The notes under the pieces are model-generated. The model ran no database searches, had not been told where the DNA came from, and saw only the letters and a list, made by a program, of their open reading frames with translations. Shown here piece by piece: positions 1 to 9,919 of a DNA stretch of 64,000 bases; the stretch's first letter is position 1, and every line of letters starts with the position of its first letter. The position numbers and the translations under genes are program-made. The stretch lies in IMG/VR virus record IMGVR_UViG_3300020473_000010, positions 224,698 to 288,697 of that record; one strand, given 5' to 3'.

Positions 1-1835
1 CTATGAAGACTGTGAAACCCATAAGACCATTTTGTTGAATCGTTACGAAATCTTTTCTTAACAAAATTTGTTGCCGGGGCTGCTGACGGTCCATTGATGT
101 CCGGAAAATGGACTTCTTGCTCAATTTGTTGAGGTATTTGCAAAACCCAACCGTCATTGACGGCGGTGGTGATATTCACCCGATGATCGTGGTAGGTACT
201 CCATGCCGAAAGACCAGCCCAGTCTGGGTATATTATTGCGGGATCAATTCCCGCATTTGAGGCTTTCATAATATCAGCAATTGGATTTGTATCTTTATAC
301 CACTGCGATTCAAGAAACGGTTGGCAATAAGGGTATGTTCCGGCCATCCTTCCAATAACAAATTTATCGTGAAAATATTCCGGTATATCCGCCAATTCTG
401 CTGAAGAGCGATCAACTATTAAGTTATCATTGTTTTGGGTTTGAAGAGACGGCTCTGATAAAATACTCTTAAGAGGTAGTAACCCAAGGGGTTGGTTTGC
501 TAGGTCAGGGGCTCTGTCGACATAATCCTTCGAAGCAATGAGATAAAAATCTGTAGCTCCTTTTGGGTTATATACTGGGTGAAAGGGGAATTGTCGGTGC
601 TTTGATTCCCAATTATTAATATCTGATTCATTAAAATAAACCATTTTTAATTGACCGCCAGAAGGATTTCCAGAAGATGCACCTCTTTTTACTATTATGC
701 CGACATAGGCTCCAGGATATAATTCATCACCCCATTTTGGAGTTGGGGATGCTGCTTTATCAATTGTGTCGTAATATGCATCAGAATTATAAGATCCACT
801 TAAAATTTTCCTTTCTGATTGAAAATACCTCTGTTGATGAACAACATTTCCGGCTTGAGTTTCATATCGATTAGTCCTCCTAAAAGTATCATACGGTATA
901 TTTTTATGATTTTCGCCATTCTCGAAAGCGGCAGTGGGGGCGGAAACATCCGTAATGTTAGAAAGGGAGAATGTAGTGTTTCCTAATTTTCCTCCAACGT
1001 CTTGTACTAAATTAACTTTGGAAGAGGCGCTTGTAGCTGATATTTTTATTGGATTTGTAGATGTTATCGCATCTGCGAAACGAGAGGCAATATCAGCGAC
1101 GGTGCTAGCACCAGATAATCCTATGATTGCAGATTTATTATATCCTTTCGAAAAATTTGTTGATGTTAGACCAGAAACACTTGAAGTATTTAGGGTAGTA
1201 TTTCCGGAAATTCCATTAGTTCCTTGCGTAAGCTTGATTGTAGTAGTTGTTGGTGATTCTGAGGTTATGTTAATATAACCTTGAGCTTGAGCAGATTGAA
1301 GAGCGTTTAAAATTCTTTCTGTAATTGCGGGGTTTCCGGAAGCACCATCTAAACCGATAATAACTTTTGAACCATCCAGTTTTCCATCGACAGTATCAAC
1401 GGCTGATTTAAATATAAATTCTTTTGATATGTTGTTACTATCAATAATTGTAAATGTTGAGTTATTTGCTGGGGTTCCTCCGCCGATAGTTAGGGTTGCG
1501 GTGGCCGGCTGTGTAACCATGGTACCATCTACAGTAGTAGAAGTTTTATCAACATGAAACATCTGAGACGTACGCTCAGAGTCTGTTAAGACAAAATACT
1601 CATCTGTTGCTTGTGAGGTGCCGGTAATATTTAAGACTTGACGCCCTGGAATTGATATCGATTTTGATACCGCTGTGACTTCTTCATATTCTATATAAGA
1701 ATCATGTCTTCCAATTACGTACGGTGTTGCGGTTCGATCCATAAACGGGAGTGATGACTGGGTATATTGATCAATTCCTGGTTGGGTATCATTTAACCTT
1801 CCGTATCTCTCCTGTCTTGATGTGTCTTTTGACAT
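1..1835 (-). CDS. Large virion structural protein, 3'-truncated by the window edge (>610 aa); not in the ORF track
   Basis: ATG at 1835 overlaps the TAA of the upstream gene (TAATG). The frame (MSKDTSRQERYG...) was read as open in the parts checked by hand, and its absence from the track is consistent with no stop before base 1. It is Thr/Ser/Gly-rich, beta-strand-like and lies in the baseplate operon. Confidence 0.75.
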   Translation of the reverse strand, partial: MSKDTSRQERYGRLNDTQPGIDQYTQSSLPFMDRTATPYVIGRHDSYIEYEEVTAVSKSISIPGRQVLNITGTSQATDEYFVLTDSERTSQMFHVDKTSTTVDGTMVTQPATATLTIGGGTPANNSTFTIIDSNNISKEFIFKSAVDTVDGKLDGSKVIIGLDGASGNPAITERILNALQSAQAQGYINITSESPTTTTIKLTQGTNGISGNTTLNTSSVSGLTSTNFSKGYNKSAIIGLSGASTVADIASRFADAITSTNPIKISATSASSKVNLVQDVGGKLGNTTFSLSNITDVSAPTAAFENGENHKNIPYDTFRRTNRYETQAGNVVHQQRYFQSERKILSGSYNSDAYYDTIDKAASPTPKWGDELYPGAYVGIIVKRGASSGNPSGGQLKMVYFNESDINNWESKHRQFPFHPVYNPKGATDFYLIASKDYVDRAPDLANQPLGLLPLKSILSEPSLQTQNNDNLIVDRSSAELADIPEYFHDKFVIGRMAGTYPYCQPFLESQWYKDTNPIADIMKASNAGIDPAIIYPDWAGLSAWSTYHDHRVNITTAVNDGWVLQIPQQIEQEVHFPDINGPSAAPATNFVKKRFRNDSTKWSYGFHSLH

Positions 1836-4800
1836 TATAATACCTCGTTAGTAATAGTGCCTATAATATCAAGAGGCGGTAATTCTGCCGCTCTTCTATC
1901 GTATATATCGACATGTACATCACCTTGTTTGTATTCATATTTGTGACGCTCTAAGAAATGGGATTCAATAACAAAATTTACTCCAAAGAATTGAACCGTG
2001 TTTGGCATCATTCTATCAATTAATGGTCCAAAGTTTAAAGAAAACCATTTAAAAAAATCATATAGAGATTTATAATTTATCTTATCAGTTAATCGATTAA
2101 AATATTTTTCTCTTAAATGTTCTAATTTAGGATAATTTACCGCATATTCGAGCTCCGGGGCGCCTAAATATTCGTTAAAGAGACCTAGATCGCTTATTAT
2201 GTTTACCATATCTTCGTTAACTCGCTGTACAGAAGACATTTCAATTGAAAATCTTCGATCATCAACCGCCGAAAGTTCTGATGGATTATATAATGGTGCT
2301 TGAGCTAAATTGTTTTTATGGGCTTTAATTGGGTCTAAATAAGAATTAACTCTGATTTTATTAGTTGTAATAAATTGATCAAAATCCGGATTAATGATAC
2401 TAAAATAAAACGGCTTTGAACTAATTACTTCCTGTCCATGAACACCGGGTGTAGCACCGCCGGCGGTGGCGCTCAATAAATTTTGGGAAATATCATCAAT
2501 AGTTAGTTTTCCGGAACTAGGATTTGAACCTGTAATTTCTTGATAAAATTCATATTGCCCGCGAAGGCGTTCCCATCCACCCTGAGGGACGGACCCTTCG
2601 TATCTTGTCGACAAGTTTGCTATATTAAACTCTTGAGGTGTTATAAAATTATAATTTGTTATTGGATCGTCTGCCCCTACAGAATATGGGTTTATGGCAT
2701 GTTCTCGTCGTTCTACATCGGTTAGGCTCTTTGTCCAAAACCTTACTGCAGACAATTGTCCATCATATTGCTTTACTGAAGCTGATATTGCAGTTAGGCT
2801 ATTAAGGTGAGACGTTGTATCAACATCATCTTTTCTTACCAGAAATCCATCATCATAATTTCCTGGTGTTTCTTGCCCAACTATAAAATATGGGCCATTT
2901 GGAGTATATAAAGAACTAAAAGCGCCTAAAACATTATCGGTTGAGGTGGCATAATAATAACTTGCAGAATGTGAAGCAAAAATACCATCAACTGTAGGCC
3001 TTGAGAGATGTAAATTAATTTTTGAATAATCTTTTCCTAATTCGTGGTCGACATTAACATACCATCTTGAGCCATCCCATATATTAACTCCCGGGATGGT
3101 TAATTGGGCTGATACATCCGCTATAGGCACCAGTGAAGCCACATCGAAAGTTAAGGGATCACCGCCGGCGTTACCAATTTGAGAATCAGGTACTGACCAA
3201 GATGAGTTAATTTGATAGCCTTTACCTCCATTTGTTACAGAGACCGTAGCAACACCACTAGAATCAATTGTAATACTGCAAACAGCATCTGTTCCATTTG
3301 CTGCAGTTACTCCGGAGATGCCATCAGTTACGGTGTATGTACCAGCTGGCCATTTGGTACCGGTATTGGTACTAATTGTATCTACGGTTGCAATAGCTCC
3401 GTTTATTGAGACCGAAGACGATAAAAATAATTGGACTTTTTGATCTAGATCAGCAAACTGTTTATCTTTTCTGCATGCTACTAAGTTAACATAGATTTCT
3501 TTCTTTCCAACACTGTTTTCCGATTCAATCCTCATTAATGATTGAGACAAAATGTTAGATTCCGGATCTAAATTATAATGACCTTCATAAGACCAGGAAC
3601 CAGATGTGAATTGTGTGAGAGTTGGCGCATCTGCTGGTTGTACTATAACAATATCTCCAGCTTCAAGCAATATTTTACTAGCACCAGGACCAGATGCGTT
3701 ATCTGGGGCCCCGGGGCAATGGCGATAGGCTTTTAAATTCGAAGATTTAAAATAGTTAATATTTTTAAAATTTAAAAATTTATAATTTGAAGATTTTTTA
3801 ACACGGGAATCAGTAAGAGTTAATGTTTTGGATCCACCATATTCCCTCATACGGAAACCAGTTTCTATATCTAGACCAACAGCATTCATCAAACTTTTTA
3901 TTGATTTAATTGTGCCTTTTGACCTGAGTAGATAAGGAAACTGGATTAATAATTGGGCCCATAACTGGGTAATTGTTTGTTTCAGGGTTGAGGTGGTTCT
4001 TCCTTTTTCGAATTTTAAATTTTTCGTGTCGTGATATTGCGCCGGAGAAGCATCAGAAAACGGGTTTGGCAATTCAAATCCGTAAAACCTAGCAAGAAAA
4101 GGCATAAATTGCAGTGGTATCGAATCTTCTGAATCATAATTTGCCAATCTTAAAGTTTTAAAAGTGTCTAGATAAATTTTTAATTCATCAAAATAATTTG
4201 CCCATATAAGAAGAAACATTGTCAAAACTTGAGCTTGCGGTATTTTTCCGCCGGATGGAAAATTTGTTTTTGTATTGTAAACTTTTGCAATATCCCCATC
4301 TTCTGTTTCAAACCCTTCAAAAAACTGAGATTCTAAAAAATAGTGTTTTGGAACTAGTTTCGTAATTAAATTTGGATTATTAATATCATAACGACTAGCT
4401 GAAATTAATAAATTTTCGTTTAGTGATATTACATCCGGGTGGGATGGAAACAAAATTGGGCTCATATTTTCGTTTTCGTTGACAACTGGTACCGAATAAG
4501 ATCCACTTAATCGACATGGGGAATAATTTCCAGATGTTGAATTAATTTGCCCATGCAAACCGTTTCCGCTATAATCTAAAGTAATATTAGCATTTGAATA
4601 AGATCCGGTTGCTTCATTAAATTTAAAATATAGATTTAATTCATCCTGGGCTGTTACTCCGTCATCAGCTATTTCTCTTAATTCAATAGGTGTATGGGAT
4701 TTGCTCCAAATCTTGAAGTCATCCATGGAGCCAGTTAGTGTATCTGCTGGGGACCAGGTTTGGATTGAACCTCCGGAATCGACATAGCGAGCTGGCTTAC

Positions 4801-5683
4801 TAATATCTCCATAACCAATAAGAGCTTTCTTGTTTTTAACAGGTAATTTTTCAAACTCTACTTGATTGCTTGAAGAAACAATATCCGTAGAATTTAAAAT
4901 AAGATACAATTTTTCTGTATCCGTTCTGTCATACTGTATTGCAATATGGTTAAAAACACCTCGAAGGATTTGTTTTTCTACAACCAGTGACTTAAGATCG
5001 CTAGCAGACCCTGAAGATATTATTGCTACCATCTTATAGCTTTTATCTGATGAAGCTGTTGCATCTACCCCAATTGTAACGCCAGAATACCCATCTGTGG
5101 AGATATGCTGAAACAATACTTGACGCTGAGTGGTACCTATTCCTGAGTTGGGAAAAGCATAATGGAAATCTATCTGAAAATGTTTTTCACTTACATCTTT
5201 TATGATAGATGCTTCGTATTTTGAATTGCGTGACAATGCTGGGAAAAGATAACCTGTTCTGTCGTCAAATGTAATATAATTTTTATCAGCAGAATGAAAA
5301 GTGAAATACCCTACTTGTTTTGGGAACTTAGATAAAATATAAGCATCAAACCCAGTTAAATTATCCATATAATCCCAAACTTCTGGGGCTTTGCCATCAA
5401 AAGGGAAGCTGTTAATGATTTTATCAAATGCTAAATTTACTTTTGCTTCTGCACTATTAAAAAAGCAGTGATTAGCAAAGTTGCTCCAATCAGTAAATAT
5501 TTGCTGGGTAGATTTAAGCCCAGTACCTGGTTGATCAGTTCGCCAGCTACTTAGAGATTCAGAAGTCAGAGGCTGTAATTTTTTATCTAGAAAAGAATTT
5601 GTAATACCCCTAAATGCTTTTCCGGCATATTGAATATCCTCCCATTCTGATGTTCCAAATAAATAATTCTTTTTTCTTGTCAT
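1835..5683 (-). CDS. Baseplate wedge protein (T4 gp7 / P2 gpI-like core) with LamG/concanavalin-like domains
   Basis: The segment MPFLARFYGFE...YLLRSKGTIKSIKSLMNAVG resembles the gp7/gpI helical core. FNHIAIQYD...LYL...GSMDDFKIW...LYFKFNE and YDGQLSAVRFW are LamG-like. Adjacent to gp6/gp25. Confidence 0.65.
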   Translation of the reverse strand: MTRKKNYLFGTSEWEDIQYAGKAFRGITNSFLDKKLQPLTSESLSSWRTDQPGTGLKSTQQIFTDWSNFANHCFFNSAEAKVNLAFDKIINSFPFDGKAPEVWDYMDNLTGFDAYILSKFPKQVGYFTFHSADKNYITFDDRTGYLFPALSRNSKYEASIIKDVSEKHFQIDFHYAFPNSGIGTTQRQVLFQHISTDGYSGVTIGVDATASSDKSYKMVAIISSGSASDLKSLVVEKQILRGVFNHIAIQYDRTDTEKLYLILNSTDIVSSSNQVEFEKLPVKNKKALIGYGDISKPARYVDSGGSIQTWSPADTLTGSMDDFKIWSKSHTPIELREIADDGVTAQDELNLYFKFNEATGSYSNANITLDYSGNGLHGQINSTSGNYSPCRLSGSYSVPVVNENENMSPILFPSHPDVISLNENLLISASRYDINNPNLITKLVPKHYFLESQFFEGFETEDGDIAKVYNTKTNFPSGGKIPQAQVLTMFLLIWANYFDELKIYLDTFKTLRLANYDSEDSIPLQFMPFLARFYGFELPNPFSDASPAQYHDTKNLKFEKGRTTSTLKQTITQLWAQLLIQFPYLLRSKGTIKSIKSLMNAVGLDIETGFRMREYGGSKTLTLTDSRVKKSSNYKFLNFKNINYFKSSNLKAYRHCPGAPDNASGPGASKILLEAGDIVIVQPADAPTLTQFTSGSWSYEGHYNLDPESNILSQSLMRIESENSVGKKEIYVNLVACRKDKQFADLDQKVQLFLSSSVSINGAIATVDTISTNTGTKWPAGTYTVTDGISGVTAANGTDAVCSITIDSSGVATVSVTNGGKGYQINSSWSVPDSQIGNAGGDPLTFDVASLVPIADVSAQLTIPGVNIWDGSRWYVNVDHELGKDYSKINLHLSRPTVDGIFASHSASYYYATSTDNVLGAFSSLYTPNGPYFIVGQETPGNYDDGFLVRKDDVDTTSHLNSLTAISASVKQYDGQLSAVRFWTKSLTDVERREHAINPYSVGADDPITNYNFITPQEFNIANLSTRYEGSVPQGGWERLRGQYEFYQEITGSNPSSGKLTIDDISQNLLSATAGGATPGVHGQEVISSKPFYFSIINPDFDQFITTNKIRVNSYLDPIKAHKNNLAQAPLYNPSELSAVDDRRFSIEMSSVQRVNEDMVNIISDLGLFNEYLGAPELEYAVNYPKLEHLREKYFNRLTDKINYKSLYDFFKWFSLNFGPLIDRMMPNTVQFFGVNFVIESHFLERHKYEYKQGDVHVDIYDRRAAELPPLDIIGTITNEVL

Positions 5684-7248
5684 TTTACTCTAAACCTTGT
5701 ATGTGTTTCATATAAGGAAGTAGCTCCCCGATCATTTACTAATATGTTAATTGTATAAGCTTTACCGGTAGGAAGAAGATTAATTGGTAAATCAAACCAC
5801 ATTCCATTGGAATCTGAATTGATTCGGGTTGCATTAGTAGTATCTGATTTTATAAAATCTACTAAGGTTTCATTATTATCTGCATCTTTTATTTGGTAGT
5901 ATGCTTCTTTTAAAGATATAGATTCTAGTTTTATTGGAGTTCTAGAAGGTTCGTCTGCTAAATTTCTATCTCTGACAAAAACCCTTACTCTAGAAGAATT
6001 ACCTATAGTGTATTCTGATTTTAAATCCAAAATAGAGAATCTAAGATCTCTTCGGCTTTTGGATGTTGATCTTTTCGGTGCAGATATAATAATATCTCTT
6101 TCTAAGTATGTATGGGATTTGTGGGTGGCGTCTTTCCATCTTTCAGTCATTGTAATTGACCCGCTAATTGCCAAATGCTGCTTAAGTGTCAAAGAGTGGG
6201 AGGTCGTTGTTTGATCAAATTGACTTAAGGCAAAGGATGAAGAATATATTCCGGTTTTGTATATTCCATTAATTAGGGCTTGGCCGGCGTCGAACGACGC
6301 TGTAAATGAACCGGTTGCCAATGTTAATTCAAGACATGATGGACCGGTCAAGCTTTCGAGGGCAGATGAATCTGCTGTTTTTGATCCGGATACTAAATTT
6401 GTTAATTGGTTATAATCATATGAATAAAAATATAGAGATCCAGAAGCCCCAAATTCCAATATGTTGTGGTAATCGATTATTGAATCGTCCCATTCAGCTC
6501 TAATTCTTGGTTTTTTATATGGGTTTCTTGTGTGGCGAGAAGCGAACCGCTTTACAAATCTAGATTTAGAATCCCATTCTTCTGAACCAGAATACGCCAA
6601 TAGAAACCCTTCGTCTGGAAGGAATCCACACATAGAAGCGCTAGCAAGAGTTGTTATATCTATTTTTAAATTTTCTCTTCCAGTTTTGAAGTATTGTTCT
6701 CCCGTAAGGTTAATCATAGCTGCGGAGGGGGAGGTTTGATTGGTTAAACTTCCGGAAGAGATAACATCAATATTTGTTGATCCAAGAGATCCAGAAAGTT
6801 TGGCTCCAGGTAGTGTCCATAAAGCATTTGCACCGCTTGAGTAAGAAGAAGTGACCCAATTAACTCTATCCAAATCATTAAAATAAACCACATCTGAACC
6901 TAAGCCTTCATCAAAACTTTTTGAAAGTGGATATACACATATAGTAAAATCTTCCGGGGCGACCTGTGTTCCTTGAACATCGAATAATTCTAGATAAATT
7001 TTAAGAGATGGATCATTAAATAAAACTTTATCTTTCATCGAAGCTGATAAATCCGAGAGTTCAAATTTAATTAATCCTCTAGATAGCTCAATTGGCTCAT
7101 CTTCTCCTTCGATAGATGTTTCATTATACAACTTGAATAAATCAATCGTACTAGCTCGCCCAACGTTTGCATCTGTTGCCCGAGTTTTAGAGTCAATAAT
7201 TTTATTTGTAATATAAGCATCGCTGCTTGCTGTAATTTGTAAAATCAT
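5680..7248 (-). CDS. Putative baseplate-associated structural protein (DNRLRE-like N-terminus), rich in SGS motifs
   Basis: N-terminal ASSDAYI...NVG...SRGLIKFELS pattern; located between the gp6-like and gp7-like genes. Confidence 0.5.
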   Translation of the reverse strand: MILQITASSDAYITNKIIDSKTRATDANVGRASTIDLFKLYNETSIEGEDEPIELSRGLIKFELSDLSASMKDKVLFNDPSLKIYLELFDVQGTQVAPEDFTICVYPLSKSFDEGLGSDVVYFNDLDRVNWVTSSYSSGANALWTLPGAKLSGSLGSTNIDVISSGSLTNQTSPSAAMINLTGEQYFKTGRENLKIDITTLASASMCGFLPDEGFLLAYSGSEEWDSKSRFVKRFASRHTRNPYKKPRIRAEWDDSIIDYHNILEFGASGSLYFYSYDYNQLTNLVSGSKTADSSALESLTGPSCLELTLATGSFTASFDAGQALINGIYKTGIYSSSFALSQFDQTTTSHSLTLKQHLAISGSITMTERWKDATHKSHTYLERDIIISAPKRSTSKSRRDLRFSILDLKSEYTIGNSSRVRVFVRDRNLADEPSRTPIKLESISLKEAYYQIKDADNNETLVDFIKSDTTNATRINSDSNGMWFDLPINLLPTGKAYTINILVNDRGATSLYETHTRFRVK

Positions 7249-7260
7249 ATTTGATGTCCT

Positions 7261-9090
7261 TTATTGGGCATTGATAATAATATCATGATCTGGAAATCTA
7301 CACTCAAAAATATCTCCTGGTTCGGCAAAATAAATTCCTTTAGCCTTAATAGAAGCCATATCTACGAATTCTGAAGAATATGATCTATCCAATATTTTCC
7401 CGTTAACATTTTCTAAACTTAAACTTACAAGAGAAAGAACTCCAGTAATCCCTATAATCGAATATACTAAATCCGATTCATTAATGGGTTGTCCAATTTG
7501 AAAATTCTCTATAGCAACAACTTTCTTTAAATCTGATATTACATTCGAAATAACGTCTAATTTATTAGCATTGGGTGCTGTTACAATATCAGCCCGGATT
7601 CTATAATTAAGTACTCTTGCATCTAATATGTCCAAAGCATCTCCTACTAATCTAAACTGGTTTAAATAAACAGAAAGATTGTCTTTTAAAGCATCGGGAG
7701 ATACTACTAGATTTCCAGAAGAATCTTTAGATACTATATATAAAACGCTGGCAAGGTTATTATTAGGGTTATCAGAAATTCCAGCCCTGAAAATCCTCCC
7801 AAATTCATTTGGCAAAGTATATACGCGTGCCATTAAATCTTCTTTTGTTACAATTCTATTTTGCATTGACCTCGAAGAAGGAATGGCTTGCTTGATATCT
7901 GTAATTGACTGTGGTGGGGCGCCACCAGAAGCTTCTAAAGGATTACTAACAACTATAGAGTTTTTCACAGCCGTCGCTGATGTTGGGTTTGCAGTATCTT
8001 TAAATTTTATATTTAAAGATGAAACAGAATCAATTGATTCTGCTGAGACATTATGGTTAGCTCCTCCGCCATATCGATATGTGATTGTGAGAGTTGTATT
8101 AATCGGAGCGATTCCTAAAGTTTTTGTTCTTAAAAGACTTGACGGATCAATGCTGAATTCACTAAATGTTTTTTTACCGTATAGTGGCAAAGCTAAATCT
8201 GAGGGGTCTGGGACTAATTCATCTTTAAGTGATTTTGCGTCGCCGGCACCAAATGAAAGTGTTGTAGATCTAGTCCTAATATCTGTTGTAACGGTATACC
8301 GGTAAGGTGCAGGAATAACTTCTAATCCAGAAATTTCACCATCCGGATCTTCTATTTTGTTAAAAACAGTGTCTTGACTAAGAGACTCAACTTCATAAAA
8401 ATCATTGCCTTCGGTATCGATAACCCTAATTATAGTTGAAACATTGGGGTATTTTAATTTAATCCTCCGGAATTTTTTAAAGTTCCCTACTGATATTTTT
8501 TCAGTAACAACTTCACCAGAGATACACCTTCCTGGTAGAATCATCGTATAAAGAGAGGGCGCTTCTCCGGGGCGCTGGAAGGGTATAGATGTTGCTAAAT
8601 AATCACCGGAGGGTTTTTTAGCAGAAAAATCTAGATCTTCTGTTAAAAAGAATTTTACACCTGCAGTTGAAATTAATACGGAATTTTCCATTATTACCGG
8701 TAATAAATCCGGATCTGGCTCATAAAGGCCGTCGGCTTTCTGGATGGCTGGGGTTTCTATATAAAAATTAACCATAGAAACGGCTGGAGCTGCACCGACT
8801 ATTTTTACGCCGGCATTAATTGCATGCATTTCAATATTATCTAGCTCGGTTGCTAATAATGGATTCACCTCATGAAATTGATGATCCATATAAAAACTTA
8901 AGTTATCGCCAATCATAGCTGCCATATCCAAAAACAACCCACCTAATGAAGCTTCTGAAAAATCTTGGATTTTTTCTGGAAAATATGTTTGAGCATACCG
9001 GTACAATTCAGAGCGAAAACCATCAAAATCTCGTGCTAAATAATTTCTTTGTACTCGGTTTTTTATTTGTTTTTTGATTTCTTCAGACAT
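7261..9090 (-). CDS. Baseplate wedge subunit, T4 gp6-like
   Basis: NYLARDFDGFRSEL...DFSEASLGGLFLDMAAMIGDNLSFYMD; FGAG; YRYGGGANHN; NPLEASGG...QNRIVTKED are gp6/baseplate-J hallmarks. Confidence 0.9.
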   Translation of the reverse strand: MSEEIKKQIKNRVQRNYLARDFDGFRSELYRYAQTYFPEKIQDFSEASLGGLFLDMAAMIGDNLSFYMDHQFHEVNPLLATELDNIEMHAINAGVKIVGAAPAVSMVNFYIETPAIQKADGLYEPDPDLLPVIMENSVLISTAGVKFFLTEDLDFSAKKPSGDYLATSIPFQRPGEAPSLYTMILPGRCISGEVVTEKISVGNFKKFRRIKLKYPNVSTIIRVIDTEGNDFYEVESLSQDTVFNKIEDPDGEISGLEVIPAPYRYTVTTDIRTRSTTLSFGAGDAKSLKDELVPDPSDLALPLYGKKTFSEFSIDPSSLLRTKTLGIAPINTTLTITYRYGGGANHNVSAESIDSVSSLNIKFKDTANPTSATAVKNSIVVSNPLEASGGAPPQSITDIKQAIPSSRSMQNRIVTKEDLMARVYTLPNEFGRIFRAGISDNPNNNLASVLYIVSKDSSGNLVVSPDALKDNLSVYLNQFRLVGDALDILDARVLNYRIRADIVTAPNANKLDVISNVISDLKKVVAIENFQIGQPINESDLVYSIIGITGVLSLVSLSLENVNGKILDRSYSSEFVDMASIKAKGIYFAEPGDIFECRFPDHDIIINAQ

Positions 9091-9099
9091 TTTTAAAAA

Positions 9100-9615
9100 T
9101 TATCCTCCCACATACAACATTATTTCTAAAGATCTAAGGGTATTATCTATTCTCGGAACTTTATATGTAATTTTAAGACCAACTTTTCCTACTTCTTTGT
9201 TTTCATTGCGATCAATAAACGATTGAAATGTTTCCAGATTGACATATGGCATATATTTTGCTGTAGCACGTTTGATTCTAGAAATTGCTTCTACTTCAAA
9301 ATCTTCATCTCCAAACTCAAACACTAATTCGCCTAAATTAGCTCCAAAATCATATAGCCCTAAACGTTCTCCATGGTTAGTTTGAATAAGGTTTCTTAAA
9401 TTATCAGCTATTTGGGGACCGATTTTTGTGTTCATGGAAAATAGTGATGTCAAACCTAATTGCAATGGCGTCTTTATCCCTATAGGCAACTCTACAGGAG
9501 CTATTAAATCCTGTTGTTCTTTTATACTTAAAGCTGTTTCACCAACACTTTTAAAACTATATACTTTTCTATTTCTTAAAGACTGCGCTTTAAAGCGCTG
9601 TTGAATATAACTCAT
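9100..9615 (-). CDS. Baseplate wedge subunit, gp25-like
   Basis: QIADNLRNLIQTNHGERLGLYDFGANLGELVFE...YMPYV is the gp25/GPW signature. Confidence 0.9.
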   Translation of the reverse strand: MSYIQQRFKAQSLRNRKVYSFKSVGETALSIKEQQDLIAPVELPIGIKTPLQLGLTSLFSMNTKIGPQIADNLRNLIQTNHGERLGLYDFGANLGELVFEFGDEDFEVEAISRIKRATAKYMPYVNLETFQSFIDRNENKEVGKVGLKITYKVPRIDNTLRSLEIMLYVGG

Positions 9616-9657
9616 GTTCCCAACTCCATACTCATAAATATATCGTTGAGAATAATC

Positions 9658-9918
9658 TTAAGTTAAATTACCTGTTCCAGTTCCCGATACAACGGTTGAA
9701 ACTGGGCCACCTGAGTTACCACCGGTACCGCTTGCAGTTACTGACGTCATTACTGACGCTGAGGTAACATAAGCTTTGATTGCATCAGCAATTGCTAGAG
9801 CCAAAAGTGAATTAATCGAATCTGATGGTAAACCTTTCTTTACCGCGTTGTCTCGTGCATCTGCGAAAGCTTTTTCAATATCCGAAATTAGTTGTGGGTA
9901 TGCTGCAGCTAATGACAT
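9658..9918 (-). CDS. Small baseplate/spike-associated protein (86 aa)
   Basis: Directly downstream of the spike gene, with a GGAG SD before ATG 9918; helical N-terminus and Gly/Thr/Ser beta-hairpin C-terminus. Confidence 0.45.
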   Translation of the reverse strand: MSLAAAYPQLISDIEKAFADARDNAVKKGLPSDSINSLLALAIADAIKAYVTSASVMTSVTASGTGGNSGGPVSTVVSGTGTGNLT

Positions 9919-9919
9919 A

